A stretch of DNA of 64,000 nucleotides from Candidatus Omnitrophota bacterium (GCA_015231405.1 JADGBR010000004.1:64189-128188); one strand, 5' to 3'. Positions 29,974-42,742 are shown, numbered from the stretch's first letter. Numbers and translations are program-made. The notes: a model not told the origin generated them from the sequence alone.

Positions 29974-31383
29974 TTAATCGAGAGGGATTTCACCATCCAG
30001 ATACTTTTTAAAATTCTCATAAAAATGGATCTGCCGATCCTTTCTGAAATCAGGCATATCAATGCAGGTATTAGAATCGCCGATAATATGGTCCTCCGGA
30101 ATATACCCAAGATCCACTGCCATTTTTCTCATTTCCGTCCCTCTGTAAGGCTGAAAATAATTGATAGAAATGCTTTTCGGCCGTATCTTTCTCAAAAGAT
30201 CTATCGTTTCCCTGAACATACATTCTTTTTCATAAGGCATGCCGATAATGATGTTAGCCGTAGTCCTTATGCCGTGTTTATGGACAATATCAAAAGCCTC
30301 GATTATCTTTTCGTTGCTCATATATCTTCTCATGTGTGTTTTTCTCAGTTCCACGTTGCCGTTCTCTATCCCTATGCCGATGGAGGAAACATTGGCATCT
30401 TTTAACTTCTTTATGTAACCCTCACTTATTGTTTCCGGCCTGGTCTGGATGTAAAACGGCAAACCTATCCTGGACTTATATCTTTCACAGAACAGGTCAA
30501 ATCTTTCGGGAGGCATACCCAAAAAATTATCATCTATGAAGAACACCAATTCCAATCCGTACCTATCCTTTACCATTGAAACTTCGTCCATGGTCCTATC
30601 AATATCCCTGAATCTGAGGAAGTCGCCTTTTTTCTCATATAGTTCCTTCAAACTCGCGGTGCAGCAAAACGTACAGTTAAATGGACACCCTCTCGCTAAC
30701 TCAAAAAAACCTGTTCTGAAAAATGAGCCGCAATAAGGCTTGTAGTAATGTCTTTTGTCGAAAATGGACCAATCCTGAAATGAAAGAGTGGCCATATCCT
30801 TTAACGGCCTTAACGGATTTTTTATTATTTTCCCTTCTTTCTTGACCCACAGGTTCTTTATCGCGGCATGGTCCCGCCCTTCAACCAAACTTTCCGCCAG
30901 TTCTACAAGAGGATCCTCCCCTTCCCCGACACACACAATATCTATTCCGTCATTATTGATCACCATATCAGGACACATCGTTACCGTTGGTCCGCCGGCA
31001 ATAACCGGAACCTTCACCGTCTTTCTAAACTCCCCGAGAAGTGCTACGACGAATTTATAAGATACGTCAATTATTGTCACCGCGATAAGATCCGGCCTAA
31101 AATCGTCAACCGCTTTCTTGAACAACTCCGGTATCTTTTCCGGGACCGTAGGATCCCAGTAATCCCCCCAGTATTTCAAGTGATCCGCTTTTAAAACTCC
31201 CCCATGTTTTTGCCTGTACAAATGGGTCTTTGGAGGGGCTTTTAAAAATGTTGTGTCGAAGCACGCGGTTTCGAACCCGGCGGCCTTAAGCCCCCCCGAA
31301 AGCAATGCCAAACCGTTAGGAATACCGCCATCCCCTTCGGTATTGGGATACAAAAAAAGGACCCGCCCCTTAATGTTAAGCAT
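29974..31383 (-). CDS. B12-binding domain radical SAM protein
   Basis: PNGLALL, IAGGP, VGEGE, ARGCPFNCTFC, DDNF, GIENG, QPYRGT. Confidence 0.9.
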   Translation of the reverse strand: MLNIKGRVLFLYPNTEGDGGIPNGLALLSGGLKAAGFETACFDTTFLKAPPKTHLYRQKHGGVLKADHLKYWGDYWDPTVPEKIPELFKKAVDDFRPDLIAVTIIDVSYKFVVALLGEFRKTVKVPVIAGGPTVTMCPDMVINNDGIDIVCVGEGEDPLVELAESLVEGRDHAAIKNLWVKKEGKIIKNPLRPLKDMATLSFQDWSIFDKRHYYKPYCGSFFRTGFFELARGCPFNCTFCCTASLKELYEKKGDFLRFRDIDRTMDEVSMVKDRYGLELVFFIDDNFLGMPPERFDLFCERYKSRIGLPFYIQTRPETISEGYIKKLKDANVSSIGIGIENGNVELRKTHMRRYMSNEKIIEAFDIVHKHGIRTTANIIIGMPYEKECMFRETIDLLRKIRPKSISINYFQPYRGTEMRKMAVDLGYIPEDHIIGDSNTCIDMPDFRKDRQIHFYENFKKYLDGEIPLD

Positions 31384-32194
31384 ATGAAACTAAGTCCCCC
31401 GACTTCCTGTAAAGTTTATCAAAAAGACCGGCATCGTAATATCTAAACCGCTTGATATCGTATTTCTCGTTCACCGTTCTATCGCATATTTCCTTCAGTA
31501 ACACGGGATCTATCTTTTCGGAAGGCGCGATAAAGGATATGACTTTCCAAACCTGTTCATAAGGCCTCTCAATGAGACTCTGGTACGGAATAAAAACTGT
31601 TTTCGGGTTCTTATTTTGAACCACCCATTTTCTCATGAACCTCTTCCATTCAACAAGCACCGGCGGGGTAACTAACAATAGGTTATACCTCAGACACTTT
31701 TTAATTATTCCCGTGATTTTTGAGTGATACAAAAGAACCGCCATAGCTTTCACCAACAAGTTTGACTCGAAAGTCCCCCCGAACACCTCCCTAAGCAGAT
31801 ACGAATGCCAATGGTCAACGCTGATCTTAATTGACGGATCCGACTCTAATGCCCCCTTGGAAACGTAGTTGTACAGAGAAACCAGCGTTTCAACCGGGTC
31901 ACGGTATTGTACTATATACCTCTTAAACGGGTCATTTGGCAATTTAAGATCAAAATCATGATTTTTCTGGAAGTTAGTGACTGATTCGACACAAGGAGTC
32001 CGTCCACAGTGGCTATAGTTTTCGCAGTAATGAAACCGGCCGGCATGTATTATGTTTCGGCACTGAGCGGCTGTGCTTACGTCTCTGATCTCCGGATAAT
32101 TAATATCGCCGCTGAAATATTTCAACAGACAATTGACAAGCAAGTGGTGCCCGCTACGCGGAAAACTAACGCAAATGACCTTTTCTAACGACAT
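31376..32194 (-). CDS. Sulfotransferase-like protein
   Basis: N-terminal SFPRSGHH (5'-PSB-like), KNHD, YRDPVETLVSLY (3'-PB-like), YQSLIERP. Confidence 0.6.
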   Translation of the reverse strand: MSLEKVICVSFPRSGHHLLVNCLLKYFSGDINYPEIRDVSTAAQCRNIIHAGRFHYCENYSHCGRTPCVESVTNFQKNHDFDLKLPNDPFKRYIVQYRDPVETLVSLYNYVSKGALESDPSIKISVDHWHSYLLREVFGGTFESNLLVKAMAVLLYHSKITGIIKKCLRYNLLLVTPPVLVEWKRFMRKWVVQNKNPKTVFIPYQSLIERPYEQVWKVISFIAPSEKIDPVLLKEICDRTVNEKYDIKRFRYYDAGLFDKLYRKSGDLVSYA

Positions 32195-32330
32195 CCCATC
32201 CCTGATTACTTTATGTATATGAAAACCTGATCCCCGTAAAAATTTGTTTCATTATTATACGAAAAAGATTATATTAAGTCTATGTCTTACGACCATCCTT
32301 TTCCCGTTATGCGCAAAAGGCTAAATATTT

Positions 32331-33116
32331 ATGTTCAATAAACTTCGTTCCAGGGTCAAAAGAACCTTACTAAAGTTATTCGAAATTTTCTCCAATAAGG
32401 TCCTTGACCCGGATCGTATCAGAGACCCTTTCTACAGACAGAAATTCCTGACAAACAATTGCGGTCCTTTGACTATTTTTGATGTAGGGGCGTATATCGG
32501 GACCGTCGCCCTTGGCTATAACGACATTTTTCCGGGATCGGAGATACACTGTTTCGAACCCTATCCCGGTAATTATAAGAAACTTTGCGAAAATGTTAAA
32601 GGTCGTCCGTCGATCAAACCTTTCCAGCTGGCTGTTTCCGACAAGGATTCATCCGTTGACTTTTTCGTTAATAGCGGGTGGGAATCGACCAGTTCATTGT
32701 TCGAACGCTCGCAATATGGCCGGAGGTATTACCCGAACGGAGCCGATTCCTCCTCGCGGATAGAGGTCCGGGCTATAACGTTAGACTACCATTGCGAAAA
32801 GAACGCTATTAACAAAATTGATATCCTTAAAATGGACATCCAGGGTGGCGAATTATCCGCATTGCGAGGGGCTCAGAAACTTCTGAAAGGGAACAAGATA
32901 TCCGTGCTTTTCCTGGAAGTGATGTTCATCCCCCATTATAAGGATGCCCCCCTGTTCCGCGATATCGAACAGTTCCTGGCCCAATACGGATATTCCCTGT
33001 ATAATATTTATTCTCTATCACATGGGAAGAACGGTCAACTCAGGCACGGAGACGCGATTTTCGTTAGCGAAATGATACGAAATAATGTTTTGGATAAATT
33101 TCACAATGAGCCATAG
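32331..33116 (+). CDS. FkbM family methyltransferase
   Basis: IFDVGAYIG, CFEP, ITLD, ILKMDIQGGE, GDAIF. Confidence 0.9.
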   Translation: MFNKLRSRVKRTLLKLFEIFSNKVLDPDRIRDPFYRQKFLTNNCGPLTIFDVGAYIGTVALGYNDIFPGSEIHCFEPYPGNYKKLCENVKGRPSIKPFQLAVSDKDSSVDFFVNSGWESTSSLFERSQYGRRYYPNGADSSSRIEVRAITLDYHCEKNAINKIDILKMDIQGGELSALRGAQKLLKGNKISVLFLEVMFIPHYKDAPLFRDIEQFLAQYGYSLYNIYSLSHGKNGQLRHGDAIFVSEMIRNNVLDKFHNEP

Positions 33117-33126
33117 AAAAGCACTT

Positions 33127-34422
33127 TCACATTACATCTTTGGGATCCGAAGCATTTTTGCCATTTTGATAAATCGCCGTCATCTCTTTAGCCAATATTT
33201 CGGCGATCATTTCGCACCCGGAAATATTATAATGGCAGCCGTCATAAAAGACCGAGGTATCCTTAGGCAGCATTGAGGCAAGATCGACGTATGGGATCCC
33301 CTCCTGCCGGCATACTTCTATCAGAGCGCTGTTGTAAACGTCCAGGATCTTCCCGAGAGCTTCTGTCGTGTACGCCTCACCCGGACCATTGTGCTGCCAA
33401 AGAAGTTCTTCAAGGTCCGGGGGCAGATCTTTTCGCCACATAGAGGGTTGTGTGAGCATTAACAGCTTTTGATCTCTGACCTTACACATATCTATGATCT
33501 TTTTTAAATTGCTTTTATAAACACGGACAGATTCGTCCAGGCCCTCGGGCAATCGGTCGATCGCGCGATTTTCCAGGGCTTTCTTTCGCATTTGTCTCGC
33601 GGTATCGAACCAGCGCCCGCTCGGATCCTGCAGGACGGTTTCAAGACAGAAATAATTCAAAAAAGCGTTCCTGCATTTGGCAAACAGTTTCATATCCCTG
33701 TAATAGATCTTCCCGCGGGCAGAAACCGTTTTGATATTTGCTTGAGACCTGATCTCATAGTTCCTCCTCAAAAGAGTTCCCATGTCATTTATACCAACCA
33801 GCATTATTACCCAATCGAACTTGTTCGCCCACCGATAATTACGGAGAAGCTCCATATGGTTCAAGGTAAAATGCCCGCTCCTGCCGGCATTCCCTACAAA
33901 AACTTTTTTCCCGAGTCTGTCCGCAAGCTTATCCTGTAATCTCCAGGGCCAGGTTAGTTTATCGCTCACGTACAAACACTCAGCAGTGCTCCCACCCGCG
34001 ACCAGTATCCTGATATCTTTTTTTTCAATATCAACCTCAGGTCCCCTTAAGTTTAAATTATTAACCGAAAGCTCAATCTTTCCATCAATACCAGGCATAA
34101 CTCCGGTGGCAGCATAACTGATCCTGTGTATTCGCGGCCATGGGATATACGCCTCCGGTTTAAGTCTGAGATACTGTTCGCAGAGAAATATCGACAGGAT
34201 CAATGAATACGTTATCAGTATCAAACGGACAAGCTGTTCCTTATTTTCGCGAAAAAGGAACAGGCAACCAAGATAAAGAGTAAGCACCACAAAAATCAAT
34301 AGATCGAATTTCTCGAACGTTTTATAGGAATTTTTCACAATGGCATATAGCACCAGCGCTTCATGAATGAAAACAGGAATCAACGCCGCCAAGATTAGAA
34401 TTGTTTTAATATTTTTTTTCAT
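33127..34422 (-). CDS. SGNH/GDSL hydrolase-family protein with N-terminal TM helices
   Basis: AGGSTA, GNAGRSG, VGIND, YDGCHY. Confidence 0.82.
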   Translation of the reverse strand: MKKNIKTILILAALIPVFIHEALVLYAIVKNSYKTFEKFDLLIFVVLTLYLGCLFLFRENKEQLVRLILITYSLILSIFLCEQYLRLKPEAYIPWPRIHRISYAATGVMPGIDGKIELSVNNLNLRGPEVDIEKKDIRILVAGGSTAECLYVSDKLTWPWRLQDKLADRLGKKVFVGNAGRSGHFTLNHMELLRNYRWANKFDWVIMLVGINDMGTLLRRNYEIRSQANIKTVSARGKIYYRDMKLFAKCRNAFLNYFCLETVLQDPSGRWFDTARQMRKKALENRAIDRLPEGLDESVRVYKSNLKKIIDMCKVRDQKLLMLTQPSMWRKDLPPDLEELLWQHNGPGEAYTTEALGKILDVYNSALIEVCRQEGIPYVDLASMLPKDTSVFYDGCHYNISGCEMIAEILAKEMTAIYQNGKNASDPKDVM

Positions 34423-34473
34423 TATGCTGCCTGCGTCGTCCAGTGCCGTTACTTCCCCTATTAAACTCGGCCT

Positions 34474-35214
34474 TTATTTACGTATCGTCCAGAAATCACC
34501 TGACAGGGTCTCCAGGTACTCGAAAGGCATGGTGAAATAACCTTTCAGACCCCAATCCTCGCCCCAGGAGTTACGCACGGTGAAACGTTTCTTTTTACGG
34601 TCGTATCCGACGGCCATTACAGCATGGCCGCCCAGCTGGGTCTCGTCCTCTTTCGGCATGGGGACTATGCCGGTCCGCGCGACTTTCGCGGACTCGAAAC
34701 TTTCGTATACGGCGAAACCGAAAACGAAAGGGTATCCTTCCGCGAGACAGGCTAGCATTTCATTTGTCGTACTTAGACGATGATACGCCTTTATCGAACG
34801 TTTTTTGCCTTCATCGTAACATTTCTTAGGAGGTTTTTTCGCGAATTTGGATATCACGTAGGGCCAGAGTTTTTCCCGGCACGCGCCTTCGTTCTTCAGG
34901 GTTTTGATGCCGTCGCGGAGAGACGCGCCTGAGTCCGAATCTATCGTGCCCATCAGGGCCCTTTCGTTATAATACACGAACAGCCGGCTGGCGTCCTCAT
35001 ATTCGCCGTCTATTTTCTTATCAAGAAATTCAAGGTTCCCCGCCAGAGCCTGGGACGTACAGCTCCCGAGAGCTTCCTGGTCCTCAACAGCGGAACAACC
35101 CTCCCGGAGGTCGACTTTTTCCGGCAGCTTAATGACGGGCTTAATAGCCTTGTACAGATAGTCCCTCTGGTCCGGTATATCGGGCACCCAGCCGTAGTTC
35201 CTTGCTCTCTCCAT
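34474..35214 (-). CDS. Papain-family (C1A) cysteine peptidase
   Basis: DQEALGSCT (catalytic Cys), SRLFVYY, GGHAVMAVGY (His), RNSWG (Asn). Confidence 0.92.
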   Translation of the reverse strand: MERARNYGWVPDIPDQRDYLYKAIKPVIKLPEKVDLREGCSAVEDQEALGSCTSQALAGNLEFLDKKIDGEYEDASRLFVYYNERALMGTIDSDSGASLRDGIKTLKNEGACREKLWPYVISKFAKKPPKKCYDEGKKRSIKAYHRLSTTNEMLACLAEGYPFVFGFAVYESFESAKVARTGIVPMPKEDETQLGGHAVMAVGYDRKKKRFTVRNSWGEDWGLKGYFTMPFEYLETLSGDFWTIRK

Positions 35215-35288
35215 ACCTTATACCCCCCCTTTTTCTAATTTACAATATCACATGGTGGCAATTATCGCCGAATTTGGATCGCTTGTCA

Positions 35289-35336
35289 TCAATTTTCCGA
35301 ACTGACACTACTTGTATCTATGAACACTCTATCCAT
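35289..35336 (-). pseudogene. Truncated PIN-domain (VapC-like) toxin, N-terminus only
   Basis: AGGTGG RBS then ATG giving MDRVFIDTSSVSSEN*. VFIDTS is the first PIN strand with its catalytic Asp. Directly follows an RHH antitoxin. Confidence 0.65.
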
Positions 35337-35354
35337 ATTTTACCACCTATCCGC

Positions 35355-35588
35355 CTACCCGCATAAATATTCATCATGTTTGGCCGACGCGTCATTTACA
35401 TTCAGTTTTATACCCCCTACCATACGGATCAATGGGTCATTGTCCCAGTTCACCCTCTTCTCCCGGGTTTTCAAGAACTTGTCTATCGCCTCTCTTATAA
35501 GCTCTGAGACTGCTAACTGTTTGCGCTTAGCCTCGAGCTTAAGCATCCTCATCTGGCTTTCCTCCAGATATATCTGTGTCCTATGCAA
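35355..35588 (-). CDS. CopG/ribbon-helix-helix antitoxin (VapB-like)
   Basis: RTQIYL...SELIREAIDKFL...DPL..MVG...DASAKHDEYL. TTG start at 35588 after GAGGAG. Confidence 0.8.
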   Translation of the reverse strand: MHRTQIYLEESQMRMLKLEAKRKQLAVSELIREAIDKFLKTREKRVNWDNDPLIRMVGGIKLNVNDASAKHDEYLCG

Positions 35589-35701
35589 CGCTCCTCTCTC
35601 ATTACGCCCTCCTCTTATACGATGTTTCACAAAATCTCGGCCTAATATCGTTATACATTATACACGATACATCATCCATGACCTTTTGGGAAGTTTGTAC
35701 T

Positions 35702-35977
35702 AGTTCAGTTGTGGAACGGAACACCGTCATTGCGAGGAGCGAAGCGACGAAGCAATCCCAACACTCTCATTAGAGTACCTTTTAATTCCTTCAGTTCTTT
35801 TTCATATTGGCTGCAATCCTTGCAACCGGTCAAATGATATGCTCCCTTTTTGCATGGAGAATATCATAGATATTTCAATTCGCAAGTATTCGGATATTTT
35901 TGCAGGGATTGCTTCGTCGGCCTGCGGGCCTCCTCGCAATGACACCAAGGCGCCCTTATCGCTGCCATAACTGAACT
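35702..35977. mobile_element. MITE-like element, copy A, with terminal inverted repeats and internal RPE-like palindromic arms
   Basis: TIRs agttcagttgtgg / ccataactgaact (1 mismatch); inverted arms at 35724-35759 and about 35905-35943; right ~100 bp closely matches copy B. Confidence 0.65.
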
Positions 35978-35993
35978 TTTACCCCATAGGGAT

Positions 35994-37007
35994 TTACCAT
36001 CTCCACGCGACGCCGGCGTTGATCGTTGTTTCGGCGCCGGATGCCAGGATGGAGAGGAAGGCCTGGCCGTCGCCTTTCAGGATGTTGTGGGATAATTTTA
36101 GTTCGATGCCGATGTCCCTGTTCTCCGGGTCGTTCTTCAGCCGGAAAGAAACGGTGTTGTTTTCGAGGAGCCTGATATCGGCGCCGAAGACTATCGTTCC
36201 CGTCCTTTTATCGCCGTACCGCGCCTCGAAAGCCAGGCCCAAGTCCCTTTTCAAATACCATTTGCCGGATAAAGTTATTATCCGTTTTACCGGATCGGCT
36301 TTTGAGACCAGTCCGATCCCGGCCTCGTAGCGTATATCCCCTTCCCTGAAGACCCCCGCTCCGGTCTTAAATGAGAATACCGAATCCGTATCCCCGCTGA
36401 GCGCGTATGTGATGCGGAACTTCTCTTTTACGACCCAACGCCCGGCGAAGACAAGCGTATGGGTCTGGCTCTTTTTCCTAATGAGAGCTTTCTCTTCGTA
36501 ACGATAAACTAACTGGAAGTCGTCGTTCATATCCCATGCGCCCATAAAAGTGAGGATGTCGTACCTGCCTCCCTCTTTTCGCGCGTGGAACGTTATCCTG
36601 TTATTATCGTCAGCTTTCCAGGACCCGCCGAGCTCGAGAACATAGATCGAACGCGTGTGCTTTTTTGTCACCGTCGTGACGGCGAATAAAAGGGAATTGC
36701 CTTTAACGTCGAGGATATCGCCCTCGAGGGTTATTTTATCGCCGAATGTTTCACGCGAGGATTTGTCCAGGGTAAGAGAGAGAGCGTGGTCATCCGTTAA
36801 AGCCCAATCGCCCGTCAGCCTGAGCTGGTTCGGGATCTCCATGCCTTCGGGGAGAGGCGCTTTAATACGGTAGGTGAGTTCGTTATTCCCGTCGACCATG
36901 AACCGGCCGTCAAGCACCTGCCTGAATTCGGGGAGATCGCTTTTTTCGCCGTAGCTGTTAAGGACCAGCCTGTTATAGGGGTCTATTTCGTAGCGTATCC
37001 GCGGCAC
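35994..37007 (-). CDS. Hypothetical beta-strand repeat protein
   Basis: Recurrent LxGxW/F...N..LxY/F units; ends in AWRW. GTG start at 37007 after GGAGGAG. Confidence 0.7.
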   Translation of the reverse strand: MPRIRYEIDPYNRLVLNSYGEKSDLPEFRQVLDGRFMVDGNNELTYRIKAPLPEGMEIPNQLRLTGDWALTDDHALSLTLDKSSRETFGDKITLEGDILDVKGNSLLFAVTTVTKKHTRSIYVLELGGSWKADDNNRITFHARKEGGRYDILTFMGAWDMNDDFQLVYRYEEKALIRKKSQTHTLVFAGRWVVKEKFRITYALSGDTDSVFSFKTGAGVFREGDIRYEAGIGLVSKADPVKRIITLSGKWYLKRDLGLAFEARYGDKRTGTIVFGADIRLLENNTVSFRLKNDPENRDIGIELKLSHNILKGDGQAFLSILASGAETTINAGVAWRW

Positions 37008-37026
37008 GCGATCTCCTCCCGGATGT

Positions 37027-38133
37027 TTAGGATCGTCTTGAATAAAATTCCCGTATTTTCTCCGCGACGCGCCTGGCATTGTCCTCGGGCATATCGGGAT
37101 AAATGGGAAGGCTTAAGATCTCGCCGGATATTTTTTGAGTATTCTTAAGGCTTTTGCCGGTCCTGGCACTGCCGCTATAGGCCGGCTGGAGATGTACGGG
37201 TACGGGATAATGGATAGCTGTCTGGATACCATTATCGGATAAAAAAGCCCTTAGCTCTTCCCTTCTTTTAGAACGGATGACGAACTGGTGATAAACATGC
37301 CGGACATTAGGGGCCTCGTAAGGCAACACTATATCGAGCCCGGATAACATTTCTTTATAAATAGCGGCTATCCCTATCCGCCTGGAATTCTCCATGTCCA
37401 GATATTTTAGCTTCACCCGCAATATGGCCGCCTGTATCTCGTCGAGCCTCGAGTTCATGCCTTTCGACGCGCTCACATACCTTTCTTTCCAGCCGTATTC
37501 CCTCGCGGCCCTGACTTTATCGGCGAGAACGCCGTTATCCGTGACGACAATGCCACCGTCACCGAGCGCACCGAGATTCTTGGTCGGGTAAAAGCTGAAC
37601 GCCGCCATATCGCCCATGGAACCGGTCTTTTTCCCGGAAAATAGAGCGCCATGGGACTGGGCGGAATCTTCTATCACTTTGAGGCCTCTTTCACGGGCGA
37701 AAGGAATGATCTTATCCATGTCCGCCGGATGTCCATAAAGATGCACCGGTATAATGGCCTTGGTTTTTTGGGTGAGGGCGCCTTCCATTTCGCGGATATC
37801 GATCGTATAAGTTTCGGGATCGACGTCCACTAGAACAGGCGCCCCGCCGGCAAGCTCGATAGCGGCGACGGTCGCGACCGCCGTATGTGAAACAGTGATG
37901 ACCTCGTCGCCCGGCCCTATCCCTCCGGCCATGACGGCGAGAGCTACCGCTTCCGTTCCGTTAGCGACGCCGATCGCGTATTTCACGCCGATATACCCGG
38001 CGAACTCTTCCTCGAATTTTCTGACTTCACCGCCAAGGATATAGCACCCGCCCTCGAGCGCAATGGCGATAGCCTGTTCTATCTCATTTTTATGGCTCAG
38101 GTAATTCGCTTTAGGGTCGGCCTGTTTTATCAT
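37027..38133 (-). CDS. DegT/DnrJ/EryC1/StrS aminotransferase
   Basis: [50 protein letters not shown]. Start from a TGATG overlap. Confidence 0.92.
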   Translation of the reverse strand: MIKQADPKANYLSHKNEIEQAIAIALEGGCYILGGEVRKFEEEFAGYIGVKYAIGVANGTEAVALAVMAGGIGPGDEVITVSHTAVATVAAIELAGGAPVLVDVDPETYTIDIREMEGALTQKTKAIIPVHLYGHPADMDKIIPFARERGLKVIEDSAQSHGALFSGKKTGSMGDMAAFSFYPTKNLGALGDGGIVVTDNGVLADKVRAAREYGWKERYVSASKGMNSRLDEIQAAILRVKLKYLDMENSRRIGIAAIYKEMLSGLDIVLPYEAPNVRHVYHQFVIRSKRREELRAFLSDNGIQTAIHYPVPVHLQPAYSGSARTGKSLKNTQKISGEILSLPIYPDMPEDNARRVAEKIREFYSRRS

Positions 38134-39116
38134 CAGATATAATTCCCCGCGTTCTCCCTGTAATAATCCAATGTCTCTTTTAGCGCCTGTTTCAGCCTGA
38201 CTTTCGGCTTCCAGCGGCACTGTTTCGTGAACTTCGAATGGTCCGCGTAATAATCATCGATGTCTATTTTTTTCCGGTCGGCCGGGAATTCTTTTATTTT
38301 GTAAGAGCCTTCCCCGTTAACGGCGACGAGAAGTTCCGCGAGGTCTTTCAATTTGATGGACCCGTCCCCGCCCAGGTTGAAGATATTCCCCGCCGCTTTC
38401 TTATCCGACCCGGCTATCAAAAAGGCGCTGGTCGCGTCCCTGGAATAAGTGAAATCCCTTATCTGGTCCCCGCCCCAGACCTCGAAAGGCTTCCCTTCCA
38501 GAAGAAACCGTATCCATATGCCCAGGAATGTCTGCCGTGAGTCCTTGATCCTCATACGCGGACCGATCGTATTGGTCAAACGAAGCACGCATACCCTGAT
38601 GCCGTATACCCTGTGGTAAAGCATATGGTACTGTTCCCCGGCCAGTTTATTGACGCCGTTGATATCCACGGGGCATAAAGGATGTTTCTCATCGACGGGA
38701 AGATATTCGGGCTTACCGTAGATCTGGCGGGTGCTGGCGTATACGATCGAAATACCCGGGTTATATTTACGGCAGGCTTCCAGGATATGCAGCTGGGCCC
38801 GCGCGTTGATGTCCAGGTCCGCGAGCGGGTCCGACATGGAATCCATATGGGAAGTCTGACCCGCGAGGTTAAAAAGATGGTCGACGCCCCTGACGAGATA
38901 TTTCATGCTGTGATCGTCCCTCACGTCGGAAATGTTTATCTTTATCTTATCCGCAATACCCTCGACGTTAAAGAGGTTGCCGCCATATTCGGGAATGAGA
39001 CTATCTATGACCACGACCTTAGCCCCGAGTCCGACCAGCTCGATGGCCAGGTTAGAACCTAAGAAACCCAACCCGCCGGTTATGAGCACCTTCTTGTTCT
39101 TATAATAATTTTTCAT
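38133..39116 (-). CDS. NAD-dependent epimerase/dehydratase
   Basis: [28 protein letters not shown] (non-canonical YxxxK), RDFTY. Confidence 0.88.
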   Translation of the reverse strand: MKNYYKNKKVLITGGLGFLGSNLAIELVGLGAKVVVIDSLIPEYGGNLFNVEGIADKIKINISDVRDDHSMKYLVRGVDHLFNLAGQTSHMDSMSDPLADLDINARAQLHILEACRKYNPGISIVYASTRQIYGKPEYLPVDEKHPLCPVDINGVNKLAGEQYHMLYHRVYGIRVCVLRLTNTIGPRMRIKDSRQTFLGIWIRFLLEGKPFEVWGGDQIRDFTYSRDATSAFLIAGSDKKAAGNIFNLGGDGSIKLKDLAELLVAVNGEGSYKIKEFPADRKKIDIDDYYADHSKFTKQCRWKPKVRLKQALKETLDYYRENAGNYI

Positions 39117-39190
39117 AAGCTGATGGACTTTTCTATTATTTTCCTGTATTTTACCAATACGCCGTTGTTTTGCAACAAATTATTCCATAA

Positions 39191-40171
39191 TTGGAGCCTG
39201 ATATGATAGCCGGTCCGGACCTTCAATGTATATTCTGTAGAGGCGCTCTGGATAAGACGCCGCGTTTTATCGTCACCGATAAGCTTGCCCTTGGCCGGAA
39301 AATACCCTACCGGTTCCACAGGTGTTCCCTCTGCGGATCGGATATACTCGCCGGAGGAGTGGACGAAGGCGAGAATTCGAAGACATATGAAGAGAACTAC
39401 ATGTTCAGCATGGATGAGAAAGGCGGACGCCTCCGAAAGGCGCTGCAAAAAGCGGAATGGAACCTCTTCTACAAGAGAACTTACCTTTCCGACGCGCGGC
39501 TCATCGAAAAGTACATGGGCGGGAGACGTTTCAGACTATTGGATGTCGGATGCGGGTCGGGCCTCCGTGTTAAATGTTTCGGGGAATACGGGTTCGACGC
39601 CCGCGGGATCGAGACATCACACCCGGCGGTCGAATACGCGGCCAACAAACTTGGCTGTGACGTAAGGCTTAGATCCCTCCGGGACTGTGTCATTGCGAGA
39701 GAGAGCTACGATATAGTCACATCTTACGCCGTGCTCGAGCATATTACCGACCCTTCGGTTTTTATCGCCGATCTCGTTAAATTGCTTAAGCCCGGAGGGC
39801 TACTGCTCTTAAGGGTCCCGCTCGCCGGATCGTTCCAGATGAGGATTTTCGCCGGGAGCCACAGCCTTTACAGGGAAGCTCCACGGCATGTCTGGATACC
39901 CTCATTTAAAGCGATGACGGAAAATATCGAAAAGTTCGGGTTGTCGCTTATCGGGCACCGGAGTGAGCCTCTTCTTAGCGCAGCCAGCCACGCGAGTTTG
40001 TCATTGTTCCCTATGGCCGCTAACGCTATCGCGGTAAAGGTCGGCTTAAGAGGGGTATTTTACAGGTTGGTTGGAGCACTTTTGGCCGTTTTCCCCGGAA
40101 TACCTCTGGCGCTTGCCGATTCTTTCCGGGGCGTCGGGGCGCATACGGATTTTGTTTACAGGAAGTCCTAG
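39191..40171 (+). CDS. Class I SAM-dependent methyltransferase with N-terminal CxxC pairs
   Basis: CIFC...CSLC, LLDVGCGSG, VLEHITDP, LKPGG, PRH. Confidence 0.85.
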   Translation: MEPDMIAGPDLQCIFCRGALDKTPRFIVTDKLALGRKIPYRFHRCSLCGSDILAGGVDEGENSKTYEENYMFSMDEKGGRLRKALQKAEWNLFYKRTYLSDARLIEKYMGGRRFRLLDVGCGSGLRVKCFGEYGFDARGIETSHPAVEYAANKLGCDVRLRSLRDCVIARESYDIVTSYAVLEHITDPSVFIADLVKLLKPGGLLLLRVPLAGSFQMRIFAGSHSLYREAPRHVWIPSFKAMTENIEKFGLSLIGHRSEPLLSAASHASLSLFPMAANAIAVKVGLRGVFYRLVGALLAVFPGIPLALADSFRGVGAHTDFVYRKS

Positions 40172-40185
40172 GGTATATTATTATG

Positions 40186-40221
40186 GGGATTGCTTCGTCG
40201 CTTCGCTCCTCGCAATGACGG
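40186..40221. repeat. Solo RPE-like palindromic arm
   Basis: gggattgcttcgtcgcttcgctcctcgcaatgacgg is the exact 36-bp reverse complement of 35724-35759. Confidence 0.85.
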
Positions 40222-40263
40222 CGGTTCTTGACAGCGGTTTATGACGGCGGGGTATTACGCAAT

Positions 40264-42688
<2,425 letters not shown>

Positions 42689-42742
42689 CTATATCCTCCT
42701 TACTATTTTAAATAGTAGCTCCTCCATTAAAAATCCCGCGCC

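Noticed and set aside
35576-35773. 65-aa ORF ending in VIARSEATKQS
   Set aside because: It is a translation of the palindromic repeat and overlaps the antitoxin start on the other strand; no independent coding evidence.
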